Source: Pachysolen tannophilus NRRL Y-2460 (lineage: Eukaryota). From it: DNA of 64,000 nt. This document shows, one piece after another, positions 46,513 to 57,704 of this stretch. Positions within the stretch are counted from its first letter, which is position 1. Every line of letters begins with the position of its first letter. The DNA lies in NCBI GenBank assembly GCA_001661245.1, contig KV454012.1:888848-952847 (forward strand), given 5' to 3'. The notes below the pieces were generated by a model. The model did not search any database. It was not told where the DNA came from and worked only from the letters and a program-made list of their open reading frames with translations. Made by a program: the position numbers and the translations under genes.

Positions 46513-48429
46513 TTAAACCTTTCTCAGAGAAGATGAATTTCCACTTGCACTGCCTGTTTCTCCATCAACGTCCCCAGTATGAGCAACTTCTACATCGTAT
46601 ACGCTTTGGCTTCCAGTATCTTCATTGTCATCATTATCATTGACACTGACATTAAGATCTTCAACAACAAGTTTTTCAATACCATGAACTTCAGCCATAC
46701 CGTAAATACCAATGACTACACAACCAACAATACCTGTTATACAAGAAAAGACCAATGCAACAATACCTCTAGCAGTGAAACCAGCTGGTAAATCTTTACA
46801 TTGAACATTTTGACCAGTCAAATCCAAATAGTCCTCTGTGTTACCAGCGGCATTACCAGCAGTTGGAACACCAGCAGCTTCACAAGCTGACAAGTAACTA
46901 TCTGACAAAGATTGGTTAGCTTGAATACTTAATGGATCTTCAATCAAGGTGATTGCCAAACCTTGAATTAAATGCCATTCAATGTGACAATGGAAGAACC
47001 AAACACCTGGGTTATCAGCCTTAAATCTAATGACAAAGTAAGATTGAGGTTTAACGTAAAAAGTATCACGTCTCATTGGGTATTGTGGCCATTCTGCATG
47101 ATCTGATTCATTATATCCAACTGGAGAATCATCATCAGAAATAGATTCATGTCTTTCTAAAACTTGGAAAACATGACCATGTAAATGGAAAGGATGTTTA
47201 CCAGTATCTTGGTTATTAACAACAATTTGAACAATTTCATCTTTTTGTAAAACATAAGCATGAGTATTTGTACCATAAACAATTTGATTAGTAGCTTCTT
47301 CACCTGCAGTGAAAACGGTAGTTAATGTTGGAACTTTTGGAGAAGTATAAGTAATATTATTGAAAAAAGCATAGTTAATACCATTATCCAAGTTAGTCAT
47401 AATAACATCAATGGTAATCAAGTAATCATAATCATCATAAATTTCAATTGCATCAACTGGTTCCAAATAGAAATCATCCATCATAGAGTCATAAGAATCA
47501 ATATAAGATTGTTCAACAGCGCCATTGGAGCTATCATAAGACATTGTACTTGTATTATTCAAACTAATAACTGTATCTTCATTATCCAACATATCTTCAT
47601 CCATCTTTTGCATGATGGCATAATTTTGAGATGTATCATCTTTAGTTGTGATCAATACGGTATAACGTTGAGCAGCAGTAATATAAAGTAAATCAGTAGT
47701 ATTTGGTGTAACGTTAATACCATCAATTTGAACAACAGTCATATTATGATCTTCAATCCAGAAATATTGAGAAACAAAGAAACCAGTACTAATAATATTA
47801 AGTTTATATGTAGTATTAGGTTGAACATCCCAAGTACAATTATAAGAATCATTGAATAATAAAGTTTGAGGAATTGGTTCTGCACCTGTTGGATTATAAA
47901 GATTCAAGAAAGTAGCAATCAATGGGTCTGAAAGATCATGATACCATTCTGCAATAGTAACAGAAACTTCTTCATCATAAGTAAAAGGTTCTTCATCAGT
48001 ATCATGAATGATAAATGCACCTCTAAATCCATCTGCATATTGACCTCTAGTATGTGAATGGTACCAATAAGCACCGGCTTGATCAGTAATAGTAAAATTA
48101 TACAACATAGTTTCACCATCTGGAATTGGACATTGATTAACCATTTCTGGACCATCCATTTCATTCGAATTATGTTGGAAAATACCATGGAAATGTACTG
48201 TAGTATTATGATCACCCAATCCATTTGTCAAATAAAGTAAAACAGTATCTCCCTTATTGATATGAACTTGTGGCCATGGGAAAGTACCGTTACATGATAC
48301 TACTGGTCTTTCAAAATACCCATCTGGATTAGCATCTGCCCAAGTAGCATTCCAATAAAGAGTATGAGTCTCTGCAGCTGCAAATCCCACAGCAGCACCT
48401 AAAACGGTCAATAATCTTTTAAAAAGCAT
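46513..48429 (-). CDS. FET3: Multicopper ferroxidase (Fet3 family)
   Basis: Signal peptide, Cu ligands HFHG, WYHSH, HPFHLHGH, HCHIEWH; C-terminal TM GFTARGIVALVFSC; ATG 48429. Confidence 0.93.
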   Translation of the reverse strand: MLFKRLLTVLGAAVGFAAAETHTLYWNATWADANPDGYFERPVVSCNGTFPWPQVHINKGDTVLLYLTNGLGDHNTTVHFHGIFQHNSNEMDGPEMVNQCPIPDGETMLYNFTITDQAGAYWYHSHTRGQYADGFRGAFIIHDTDEEPFTYDEEVSVTIAEWYHDLSDPLIATFLNLYNPTGAEPIPQTLLFNDSYNCTWDVQPNTTYKLNIISTGFFVSQYFWIEDHNMTVVQIDGINVTPNTTDLLYITAAQRYTVLITTKDDTSQNYAIMQKMDEDMLDNEDTVISLNNTSTMSYDSSNGAVEQSYIDSYDSMMDDFYLEPVDAIEIYDDYDYLITIDVIMTNLDNGINYAFFNNITYTSPKVPTLTTVFTAGEEATNQIVYGTNTHAYVLQKDEIVQIVVNNQDTGKHPFHLHGHVFQVLERHESISDDDSPVGYNESDHAEWPQYPMRRDTFYVKPQSYFVIRFKADNPGVWFFHCHIEWHLIQGLAITLIEDPLSIQANQSLSDSYLSACEAAGVPTAGNAAGNTEDYLDLTGQNVQCKDLPAGFTARGIVALVFSCITGIVGCVVIGIYGMAEVHGIEKLVVEDLNVSVNDNDDNEDTGSQSVYDVEVAHTGDVDGETGSASGNSSSLRKV

Positions 48430-48936
48430 TTTCAAATCAGGTTATTCAGAAAAGATTGAAAAGAAAAAAAAAAGAAAAGAAAAGAATTTGATAATAATAT
48501 CAATAATACCCCTTTTCTTAAATTTTAGCTTCTTTTTTTTTTTTTTCTTTTTTCACCAACTTCCTGAAATGAGGATAAAATGCTCAAAGAAAAAGATACA
48601 AATGGTTTAAAAAAAAAAATGAGCAAAATAAAAAAAAAAAAAGAGAGATTATCTTTATTATATACAAACTTACTGGGATTATACCATATATATATATAGC
48701 AGGACTTTCTTGATGGATTAGATTAGCAGAAAAATTGGTACTTCAAAGACAAAATGAAAATTTTTTGAACTTTCCAAGTTTATATTCCGAGGGTAATTTA
48801 TTCTAGTTTGTATTTATGCACAATGCAAACTTATGCATTTCGATTGGGCTTTATCTCTTTGATCAGGCCGAAAATAAATAATACTCTTTAAATTAATGGA
48901 TGGTCAAATAGAAATTTACTAATACCGTTTGTTAGG

Positions 48937-48944
48937 TGGGTGCA
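48937..48944 (-). promoter_or_regulatory. Aft-type iron-response element TGCACCCA
   Basis: Exact motif ~510 bp upstream of the FET3 ATG; single copy. Confidence 0.45.
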
Positions 48945-50530
48945 TTAAAAAGATTAAATAGATAGATAGATATAAACAATATAAAAAATAAGATGCTCAA
49001 AATTGGCAAAAAAAAAAATTCGATCTAATTAATGGTAAAAAAATGTTGATATATCAAAGCATTCTTAAGTTTCTTTTTTTATTTTTTTTTTTTTTTGTTT
49101 TTGGCCCACCTTCGCTAAAGTACGTAAAATGTTTTCCACATATCCATCCATCTCTCTCTGCTTTTTTTTTTTTTATTCATCGGCAGGCATGAACTAAAAG
49201 ATATCGGCTAAAACATTTTTTGCTGAAGAATGAAAATTACACACAGTGGGAGTAGAGTAGAAGAATAAGAAGAATAAGAAAAATTTTTTTTTTTCTTTCT
49301 GTTTTTTTTTCTGTTTTCATTGTTTCTTTTCCTCTTGTTCTTCTTTCTTGCTCTGCTTTTAATGCTGTGATCATGTAGAAAACTAAGCATTTTTACATTT
49401 TAAAGCAAAAATAACGTCAAAATTTTTTTTTTTTTTCTTTTCATTGTATATATGCTAAGTAGTTTCCATCCAGAAAACCCGACCACAAGAATTTTTCAAA
49501 GTAGAACAATCTGTGTGTATGCCGCTTAAAAATCGTTTTGCTTAAGAATATGTAATTTAAAAAGAAAAAAAAATGTTAATTTTGAAATCTATTGTTTTAC
49601 TTTTATACGGACGTCTACAAGCAAAAAAATCTGATTGGTTTCAAGCAAGAAAACCGCTGAAAAAATTTTTTTTTTCTAGGAATTATGTCCGTATTTATTA
49701 TAGTAATTAATATTTTGGTATAAAACCTTAAAATGAAAAGAAAGAAAAAAATAATGCAGGGTAAGAAAATACAAAGAAATACTAGGATTTGATAATTTAA
49801 AAAAAATGGCCTTTTTTTTTTAAACCTATAATAAAAAAAAAAAAAAAAGAAACAACTACTTTAACGAGATTAGATCAATCAATTGAATGATAGTGTGATA
49901 TTTTTTTTTTTAAATGGATTGATTATTTATTTAAAGAAAAATTTGTCTCAAGTATTGGATAATATAAATGTATAATAAACCATAAACCATAGACTACAGA
50001 CCGAGGTCAGCTCGGATTCTACATAGCATATTTATATATATATATATATATATGTATGACAAAACCGAGGGTGTATACATAGTAACCTTCTTTGCTTTAA
50101 CCGACCTTGGTCGGAAACTCCAACTTCGACGCCGATGCTCTGTTTCCTCTTTAAGAATTTTTTTTTTTTTTCATAAAAAAAGAAAAAAAAAAGAAAGAAA
50201 AAACTTTGTAGAAAAGCGCACGACAAATGTGTTTTTTTTTGTTTCTATTTTTGTAAAATTGAGCGTACGTGAACGACTGTTTATTTTTTTTTCCTTTTAT
50301 TAAAAAATTGCTTGCGATCATGTTTTAGATGGAAGAAACGTTTAAATAAAAATGAATAAATGAGTAAAAAGTACTACTGATTTAGTATATACTTAATAAG
50401 AAGTGATACTTAAAAAAGGTAAAGATCAAATATATCATATATATTATGATTTTTTTTTGGAATAGACCTTAGACCTTAATTAGAGATCTTTTTTTTTTTT
50501 TTTTTTTTGTTTTGTTTGTTTAACAAAGAG

Positions 50531-52222
50531 ATGTCATTGTTGGTGCGTGGCAGCAGACAAAGAAGTAAAAAATTGTTTTTGATCAAGAGACTCTATTGGC
50601 TTGTTAAAAATCAACAAACGGGTCAGGATAATATGGCGGTTTCTTTTTCTTTTTCCAATACTAGAATGCTGTTATTGACATCATCGGTGTCGTTGGTCCC
50701 GATACTGAGGAGGTGGGCTTCTTCCTCATCTACAAGACAAGAAGATATAGTGAAGTCAGTGGTAGCGGGCGCGTCACGTGATCGAGGAAATGAATTTAAT
50801 AGAAATGAATCTACTAATACTACAAATAATATTATTACTTCTAAATCAAAATCTTCTTCATTGGTTACATCAACAACTAAAACTACTAGTACTAGTACTA
50901 GTATTACTACACATACAACCACAACTACAAAGACTACTGCTACTCATCATTCATATAGAAGATCAACAGCTCCAAGTGGTGTTCCCTTGACAAAAATTTT
51001 ATCCAATTCATTTCCATTGTCGTTAAAGGAAAGTTTTAAAGATTATTTGGATCGTAAAAATCTTGAAGAATTTCAAAAAAATTTATTATCTTCTTTATCA
51101 TTTTATCCACAACTGGATCAATATCGTTATTCTAAAATTTTAAAAATTAAAATAGATAATAATGGTAATTATTTAAACGAATTTTGTATATATCCAAGAG
51201 GAAAATCTGAAAAAGATTTTAAAAATATTAAACATTTGATTTTAATTCATGGTTATGGTGCAGGTTTAGGTTTTTTCATTAATAACTTGACAGAAATTAG
51301 TAAATATGGTTCTTTAAATGATTGGTGTATCCATGCGATAGATTTGTTGGGATATGGTACATCTTCAAGACCAAAATTTCCTCATCATTTACAATATAGT
51401 GAATTGGAAACAGCTGAATCCTGGTTTACCAAATCTTTAAAAGCTTGGTTTGAAAAAAGAGGTTTAGATAATTTGAATTCAAATCAGATATTAGTATGTT
51501 CTCATTCTCTAGGAGCATATATTTCATGTGTCACAAATATGGAATATCCTCAACTTTTTAAAAAATTGATTTTAGTTTCTCCAGCAGGAATTTCTAAACC
51601 TGCTTCTCCACCAGTGATACCACAATGGTTCCATTACCTTTGGAATAAAAACGTTTCTCCTTTTGCTTTGGTCCGTTATACAGGTGCTCTTGGATCACTC
51701 TTTGTTAGTGGTTGGACTTCTAGAAGATTTGGTAAATTGAAAAATGCTAAACAAAGAGAATTGTTACATAAGTATTCATATGGGATATTTAACGCACCAG
51801 GTTCAGGAGAATATTTTTTAAACTATGTCTTGGCCCCAGGTGGTGTGCCTCGTAAACCTTTGATTGACAAGATTCATAAAATCCAATGCAACTTGACATG
51901 GTGTTATGGAGAAGATGATTGGATGGATTTAGTTGGTGGTAAAAGAGCAAGTGACATTGTCAATGAACGTACTAATTTTAAAAGTGAATATCATATTATC
52001 CCAGATTCTGGACATCATGTATATTTAGATAATATAAAAGCATTTAATTCACTAGTCATTGAGGAAATGAAATATTTTGAAAAAGATTTTGTTCCAAATT
52101 TGATTAAATCACGAGAAAAAGAAAAAGAAAAAGAAAAATTGGAAGCTGCAAATAGAATAGCTGAAAAGGCGAAAAACAATAACGATACATTAATCAGAGA
52201 ACAGAAAAATGCGTATGCTTAG
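50531..52222 (+). CDS. CLD1: Cardiolipin-specific deacylase (alpha/beta hydrolase, CGI-58 family)
   Basis: IHGYGAGLGFF, WCIHAIDLLGYGTSSRPKFP, SHSLG nucleophile elbow, GHHVYLD; start uncertain (in-frame ATGs at 50531, 50633, 50666). Confidence 0.88.
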   Translation: MSLLVRGSRQRSKKLFLIKRLYWLVKNQQTGQDNMAVSFSFSNTRMLLLTSSVSLVPILRRWASSSSTRQEDIVKSVVAGASRDRGNEFNRNESTNTTNNIITSKSKSSSLVTSTTKTTSTSTSITTHTTTTTKTTATHHSYRRSTAPSGVPLTKILSNSFPLSLKESFKDYLDRKNLEEFQKNLLSSLSFYPQLDQYRYSKILKIKIDNNGNYLNEFCIYPRGKSEKDFKNIKHLILIHGYGAGLGFFINNLTEISKYGSLNDWCIHAIDLLGYGTSSRPKFPHHLQYSELETAESWFTKSLKAWFEKRGLDNLNSNQILVCSHSLGAYISCVTNMEYPQLFKKLILVSPAGISKPASPPVIPQWFHYLWNKNVSPFALVRYTGALGSLFVSGWTSRRFGKLKNAKQRELLHKYSYGIFNAPGSGEYFLNYVLAPGGVPRKPLIDKIHKIQCNLTWCYGEDDWMDLVGGKRASDIVNERTNFKSEYHIIPDSGHHVYLDNIKAFNSLVIEEMKYFEKDFVPNLIKSREKEKEKEKLEAANRIAEKAKNNNDTLIREQKNAYA

Positions 52223-52819
52223 ATAGATAGATTTATTTTAATATATATTTTTAGAGTTGATTAACTGTACTTTTTTTTTTTCAATAAATTTATTTGTAAA
52301 TTACAATTACATTTTCAAAGCTTGATAAGACCGAGCTAAATGTTTGAATAGAAAAAAAATAATATATTTATTATATATATATATATATATTACTAGTGCA
52401 TCATTCAACCTATATAAAAATAAAATAAAAAATGCTCCAAAATTAGTTTAAATTAACATTATAAAACAATAACTATACATCAAGAAGAAATAGCAAACAA
52501 ACAACAGATCACATAATGGGCCTTAGATATAAAATCAATGCAGCGAGCGATAAATAAAAGNAAAAAAAAAAAAAACTAAGTATATAATATAATAATAACA
52601 ATTCATCAAAAATAAATCAAACATTAAGCGATAAGTTAAGATAGAACTTAACCAAAATAACAAGGGTCAAAATTAATGTGGCACTTCAAGTTACAACAAC
52701 AGAAAAAAACAGCCTTTAACCCCACAGAGATGACAAAACAGCTCAACAATTGGAATTTTTGATGTCTAATGTTCAGTGCTTGAATGCTCGAATGATTGAA
52801 TGCTTAAATGCTTAAATGC

Positions 52820-54922
52820 CTATTGATTATGAGAGTAAAGAAGATCAACACGTTCTTTGCAGCTTTCCAAAATCTTTTTTCTTTGTAATTTTTGTGCACT
52901 GGAAACAAATCCATTTTGGGTGGTCCATTCTTCATCCAAGAGAACAACACCCAATAACAATTCAATACCTGTTAGACCTTGCTGTTTACCAGTTTCAACT
53001 AATGATTTATTGACAGCGCTCTCCAATTTTTCATTTACGACAGCAGTTGTCAATTCAAATTCACTTTCAGATTTACATATTCCCAATTGAACAGCCAACA
53101 GTTTTAAATTCAGTTCATGTGGAACCACAATACCAATTGGTTTAACTTTTGTTTGATCAGCATAACAACAAATATTTTGAACATACTTGTTTGAACGATA
53201 AACTGATTCTAATTTTTCTAATGCAATATATTCACCATTTAAAGTTTTAACCAAATTTTTCTTACGATCAATAACTTTTAACTGACCAGTTGAAGTCCAT
53301 TCAGCAATATCACCTGTAGTGAACCAACCTTCATCATTAAATGCATTCTTTGTCTCTTCTTCATTTAAATAATATTCAGGTGTAACACATTTACCTCTAA
53401 TCAGTACTTCACCTTGGTTATTTTTAGCAAAATAACCTGCATCAGGAACATCTAACAATTTAACGGTTATAGCACCTGTTAATGCACCTTGAACATCATA
53501 TTCAAAATGTTCTGGAGGAGTGATTGTTGTATTAGCTGTAGTTTCAGTTAATCCATAACCCAATAACATTGGTGCAATTAAAGTACTAACAAATCTTTGG
53601 GTATCACCTGAAATTGGAGAACCACCATTCATTATAACATGTAAATGTCCACCAGTTGCTTGTTTTACTTTTTTAAAAATTAATGAATCTAATATAAATG
53701 TACCTGGAATTTTATAATTTTTCATTGCAATTTTTGATTTATAAGCAGCCCAAAAAATTTTTTGAGTTAATGGAGGTTGTTTTTCAATTTGAGCAATAAT
53801 ACCCTTTTTAACAGTTTCCCAAACTGCAGCAACACCAACCATTGCATGAGGTTTAAATTCTTTCATATCACCTAAACAATTTTTACAAGATGCTTCAGAT
53901 AATGTTTTAACATTTGCGTAACCCAATGTAGCACCCCACCATAATGTAATTAATTCAACAGCCAATTCAAAAATATGAGCTAATGGTAAGAAAGCAATAA
54001 CTCTTTCACCAGGTTTAACTAAATTTCTATCAGCAATTAAAGAAAGACCTCCAACACCTGCTAAAATATTTTCATGATTTAATACAACACCTTTTGGTGT
54101 TCCTGTTGAACCAGAAGTATACATAATACATGATAAATCTGAAGGTTTTGGAGGATGAACATCAATTTCAGCAAAATTTTCTTCACCTAATTTAATGACA
54201 TCATCAAAAGATACTATAGTAATATCTGGTCTTAATTTTTGAATTTTTTCAATTGCTAATTTAGCATTTTTATAAATTTTACCACCATACCTAGTATCTG
54301 ATTCTATAACAGGTTCATTATGAATAATAAATTTCACATTTTTTGCTTCTTTTAAAGGATTAACTAATTTAGTTAATAAATCATTATCAACAAATATAGC
54401 AGCAGATTCTGTTTGTACTAATGAATGAGTTAAACCTTTTTCACCTAAAGTATCATAAGCAGTAACTACTGGAATTGCTTGTGATTGAGCTGCTAAAAAA
54501 GATTGCATCCATTTTGCAGATGTTGAAGCAAAAATATGTAATTTTTCAACATTATTTGGTTTTAAACCTAATTTAATTAAACCTTTACCATAAGTTATAA
54601 TTAAATTTTTTAATTTTTTATAATTAATATAATTATAATGACCATATTCATAAAAAACCCAATTTTTTTCAACTTCAACCATTTTTCCTTCAACCATTTT
54701 ATTAACCATTTTAACTTCTTCATGTAATTCAATTAAAGATCTTGTACCCATCAGTTTTTGTTCAGGATATCTATCAGCACATTCCAAGAAAAAATCATAA
54801 ATAGTAGTAGCTTTAGAATCAATAGGTTTTTCTATAGCACCATCTTTAGCCTTATAATATCTTCTTGGTGCAGTTTCACCTTCTCTAGCTTCACCAACTG
54901 GAACATTGATTAAAAACACCAT
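52820..54922 (-). CDS. FAA1: Long-chain fatty acyl-CoA synthetase (Faa1/Faa4 family)
   Basis: IMYTSGSTGTPKGV, GYGLTET, GWFTTGDI, IDRKKNLVKTLNGEYIALEKLE; ATG 54922. Confidence 0.95.
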   Translation of the reverse strand: MVFLINVPVGEAREGETAPRRYYKAKDGAIEKPIDSKATTIYDFFLECADRYPEQKLMGTRSLIELHEEVKMVNKMVEGKMVEVEKNWVFYEYGHYNYINYKKLKNLIITYGKGLIKLGLKPNNVEKLHIFASTSAKWMQSFLAAQSQAIPVVTAYDTLGEKGLTHSLVQTESAAIFVDNDLLTKLVNPLKEAKNVKFIIHNEPVIESDTRYGGKIYKNAKLAIEKIQKLRPDITIVSFDDVIKLGEENFAEIDVHPPKPSDLSCIMYTSGSTGTPKGVVLNHENILAGVGGLSLIADRNLVKPGERVIAFLPLAHIFELAVELITLWWGATLGYANVKTLSEASCKNCLGDMKEFKPHAMVGVAAVWETVKKGIIAQIEKQPPLTQKIFWAAYKSKIAMKNYKIPGTFILDSLIFKKVKQATGGHLHVIMNGGSPISGDTQRFVSTLIAPMLLGYGLTETTANTTITPPEHFEYDVQGALTGAITVKLLDVPDAGYFAKNNQGEVLIRGKCVTPEYYLNEEETKNAFNDEGWFTTGDIAEWTSTGQLKVIDRKKNLVKTLNGEYIALEKLESVYRSNKYVQNICCYADQTKVKPIGIVVPHELNLKLLAVQLGICKSESEFELTTAVVNEKLESAVNKSLVETGKQQGLTGIELLLGVVLLDEEWTTQNGFVSSAQKLQRKKILESCKERVDLLYSHNQ

Positions 54923-56030
54923 TTCCAATATATATTTTGATTAAAAAATTACAAAAACTTAAAAACAAAAAAAACCTTTTTCCAATTAAATCTTAAGTTA
55001 ATAATAAAATTGTCCAAATGCAAAAAAAAGAAAAAGAAAATTTAAAAAGAGATTTCTTATTTTTTATATTATATATATTTATATATATTTTTTCTTTTGT
55101 TATAAAATTAAATATTAATAATAATAATAATTATTTGAATAAAAAAATTGATTCAAATTTTAAAAAGGAACATTTGCCTCCAGAATTAATTAATTTAATT
55201 ATTAATTAATTAATAAAATATATTTATTTATTTCTTTATTTATTTCCCTCTTTTCCTTTCTTTCCATTGAGCAAGTCTTCAATTTTACCAACAAATTTTT
55301 TTCTTTTTTTTTTTTTTTTTTTTTTTCTTTTTTTTTTGTTTTTTTGCTCAATGGTTACATGAAAATGTACATCTTTGAATAGGTATTGGATATTGGTGTT
55401 GTTATTGTCTTATCTTGTACATTTTCCTTTTAAGAAAACTCAGACATTTTATTAAGATTAAGAGTAAAATATAACCTAAGCGAGAGACTAAAAGAATCAA
55501 TTAAGAAATCTTTTTAGTTACAAATAATTATTAACGGGTATCACTTAATTTATTATTTATTATTGTTTATTACCCCCATTTACTGTTATATCTAAAATTT
55601 GTTTTTCATTTATTATACTATACACACACAGATACTTGTAAAACACGCATATTTTTTTCTATTTTTTCTATTTTAGCGCCAATACAACCATTTTTCATAA
55701 AAGTTTATAATTACTCTAGTTTTACAGGTAGAACTTAAGCGCTATTAATACTAATATTAAAAAATTTTATTTTTCATTTTTATGTTGTTAAAAAACGGGT
55801 TTTAAAACCTCATCGAGTGTTCCTTAAGCTAGTTTGTTCTGGTCATTTTTCAAATTTTTTTATTTTTTTTAGTACTTTAACTCCTGCAGTGTTAAAAATT
55901 TAAAATTTAATTTGAAATTGTTTTTTTTTTTGTTGGGTAAAAATGGTAGTTACGTAATTGTATCACGTAAGATGGTTAGGGGCTGTGGGAGGAAAATAGT
56001 ACTAGTGGTAGTAGTGTGTAAGTGTAAATG

Positions 56031-56064
56031 TTTTAGTATAGGGGCTACAGCCCCTATACTAAAA
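56031..56064. repeat. Perfect inverted repeat, 16-bp arms with 2-nt spacer
   Basis: TTTTAGTATAGGGGCT-AC-AGCCCCTATACTAAAA. Confidence 0.95.
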
Positions 56065-56289
56065 ATAGTAATTTTTTTTGGTTTTAGGGGCTGAAGGCAA
56101 AAGTGACAAAAAAATAAAGTTGACACAAGTGACATCAGAGAGAGACAGTGACATTTCTGGTGTGGGAAGTTGGTATTAAATATTTCTCGGATTAATCATA
56201 CATAATACTGAAAAAGGAGTATTAATTATATATTAATTAACTTTTTTAATTTTTTTAATTTATTTTTTCCATATTATTGGCTGGTGAAG

Positions 56290-56613
56290 ATGGGATTTTT
56301 TGGGTTAAGTAAATCTGAAGATTCAAGTTCGCAAATTCCTATGCGTTCTAAAAGAGAAAAATGTTGGGAATCAAGAGATTTATTTAACAAGTGTTTGGAT
56401 AAATATAATATTGATAATCTGTTGGATAAAAATTCAATAAAAATAATTAATCAAAATTGTCTGGAAGAAGATAAACAATTTAATAAAGATTGTGCTGCCA
56501 GTTGGGTAGAGTATTTTAAAGGGAAAAGGTATGTGGAAATTAAAAAACTGAAAATGTTGGAGCAAGTAGAAATTGATAATGCTAAATTAAGAAATGATAA
56601 TAATGAAAAATAA
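56290..56613 (+). CDS. COA6: Cytochrome c oxidase assembly factor 6
   Basis: RSKREKCWESRDLFNKCLD...C...FNKDCAASWVEYFKGKR (CX9C/CX10C); adjacent to FAA like COA6/FAA4 in S. cerevisiae. Confidence 0.92.
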   Translation: MGFFGLSKSEDSSSQIPMRSKREKCWESRDLFNKCLDKYNIDNLLDKNSIKIINQNCLEEDKQFNKDCAASWVEYFKGKRYVEIKKLKMLEQVEIDNAKLRNDNNEK

Positions 56614-56825
56614 ATAAAAGAAACACAACATAATTAAACCCATTTTACCTTTCATTTTTTTTTTTTTTTTTTTTTTCCCACTCTAATTACTAGACCCTAT
56701 GCTTTCATTTATTTAAATCGACTAATTTCTTGTATATCCCGGTATAGAGCAATTAATAAAAAATTGCTTAATTTATATTTATTCTGTAATTAATTAAAAT
56801 ATAAAGAATTTTTTTTTTTTTTCAT

Positions 56826-57416
56826 TTAATTTTTTTTACTTCCATATTCGAAATTCTTTTCATACCATCGTATCATTTGTATAGGTTTACTTCCAAAAAC
56901 ATGTTCATATTCACAAATTTCACATAAAGGTTTATTAATATTTTTTTCGGTAATTAAAGAAATTATTGATAAGGGAACGATTGATTTCAATTTTTTTTTC
57001 TTTTTCTGTTTCTTATCTTTATTTTGATCTAATTTAAATTTAACTTCATTTGAATCTTGTAATTCACAAAATTTAGAAAAATTTAAATCATTAATTTCTT
57101 CATCATAATTTCGTACTCCCAGTTCTAAATGATTTTCTGTCTTAATCATATATTTTTCTATATCTGATTTCAACAATCGTGGTATGGAACCTTCTTCTGA
57201 ATCATCAACAACCCCTGGGAAGGGAGAAAACCCGTTAAATTCATCCGTACTTGCTCCATTTGAAACAATTATATTTCCAATCTCTTGTTCAGTCTCTTGT
57301 TCAACATTTGGTGTAAACCCACTAGCCAATCTAGCTATCAAATCAGCATTATTATCACTCAAATTCATGCTCTCTTTTATATCATTACAAGAAGCATATA
57401 TAACTCTTCGATTCAT
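56826..57416 (-). CDS. Ibd2-like protein
   Basis: C-terminal CEICEYEHVFGSKPIQMIRWY resembles the conserved Ibd2 C-terminus; start uncertain (57416 or 57368). Confidence 0.65.
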   Translation of the reverse strand: MNRRVIYASCNDIKESMNLSDNNADLIARLASGFTPNVEQETEQEIGNIIVSNGASTDEFNGFSPFPGVVDDSEEGSIPRLLKSDIEKYMIKTENHLELGVRNYDEEINDLNFSKFCELQDSNEVKFKLDQNKDKKQKKKKKLKSIVPLSIISLITEKNINKPLCEICEYEHVFGSKPIQMIRWYEKNFEYGSKKN

Positions 57417-57704
57417 CACAAACAATACTCATAAATCTACTATACTTCTATCCATTAAAAAAAAGAAAAAACTTATAGATTTTGTTTGTTATTTTAAAAA
57501 AATTTTGTTTTTTTGTTTTTTTTTTTTTCCTTCTTCTACTTATTTTTGGCCTCTTATATGCAGATAAGATCTAATTTTATATATTAATTATTAAAACAAA
57601 AGAAAAAAGGTAAAGGTATTAGGTATTTTTAAAAAATAAAGAAATGAAAAAAAAAAAACAAACAAATCAAATCAAAACAAAACAAGAGCTACTATATATT
57701 ACTT

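Noticed and set aside
50774..50781. TCACGTGA (Cbf1/CDEI-like site)
   Set aside because: Inside the CLD1 reading frame, with no CDEII/III following
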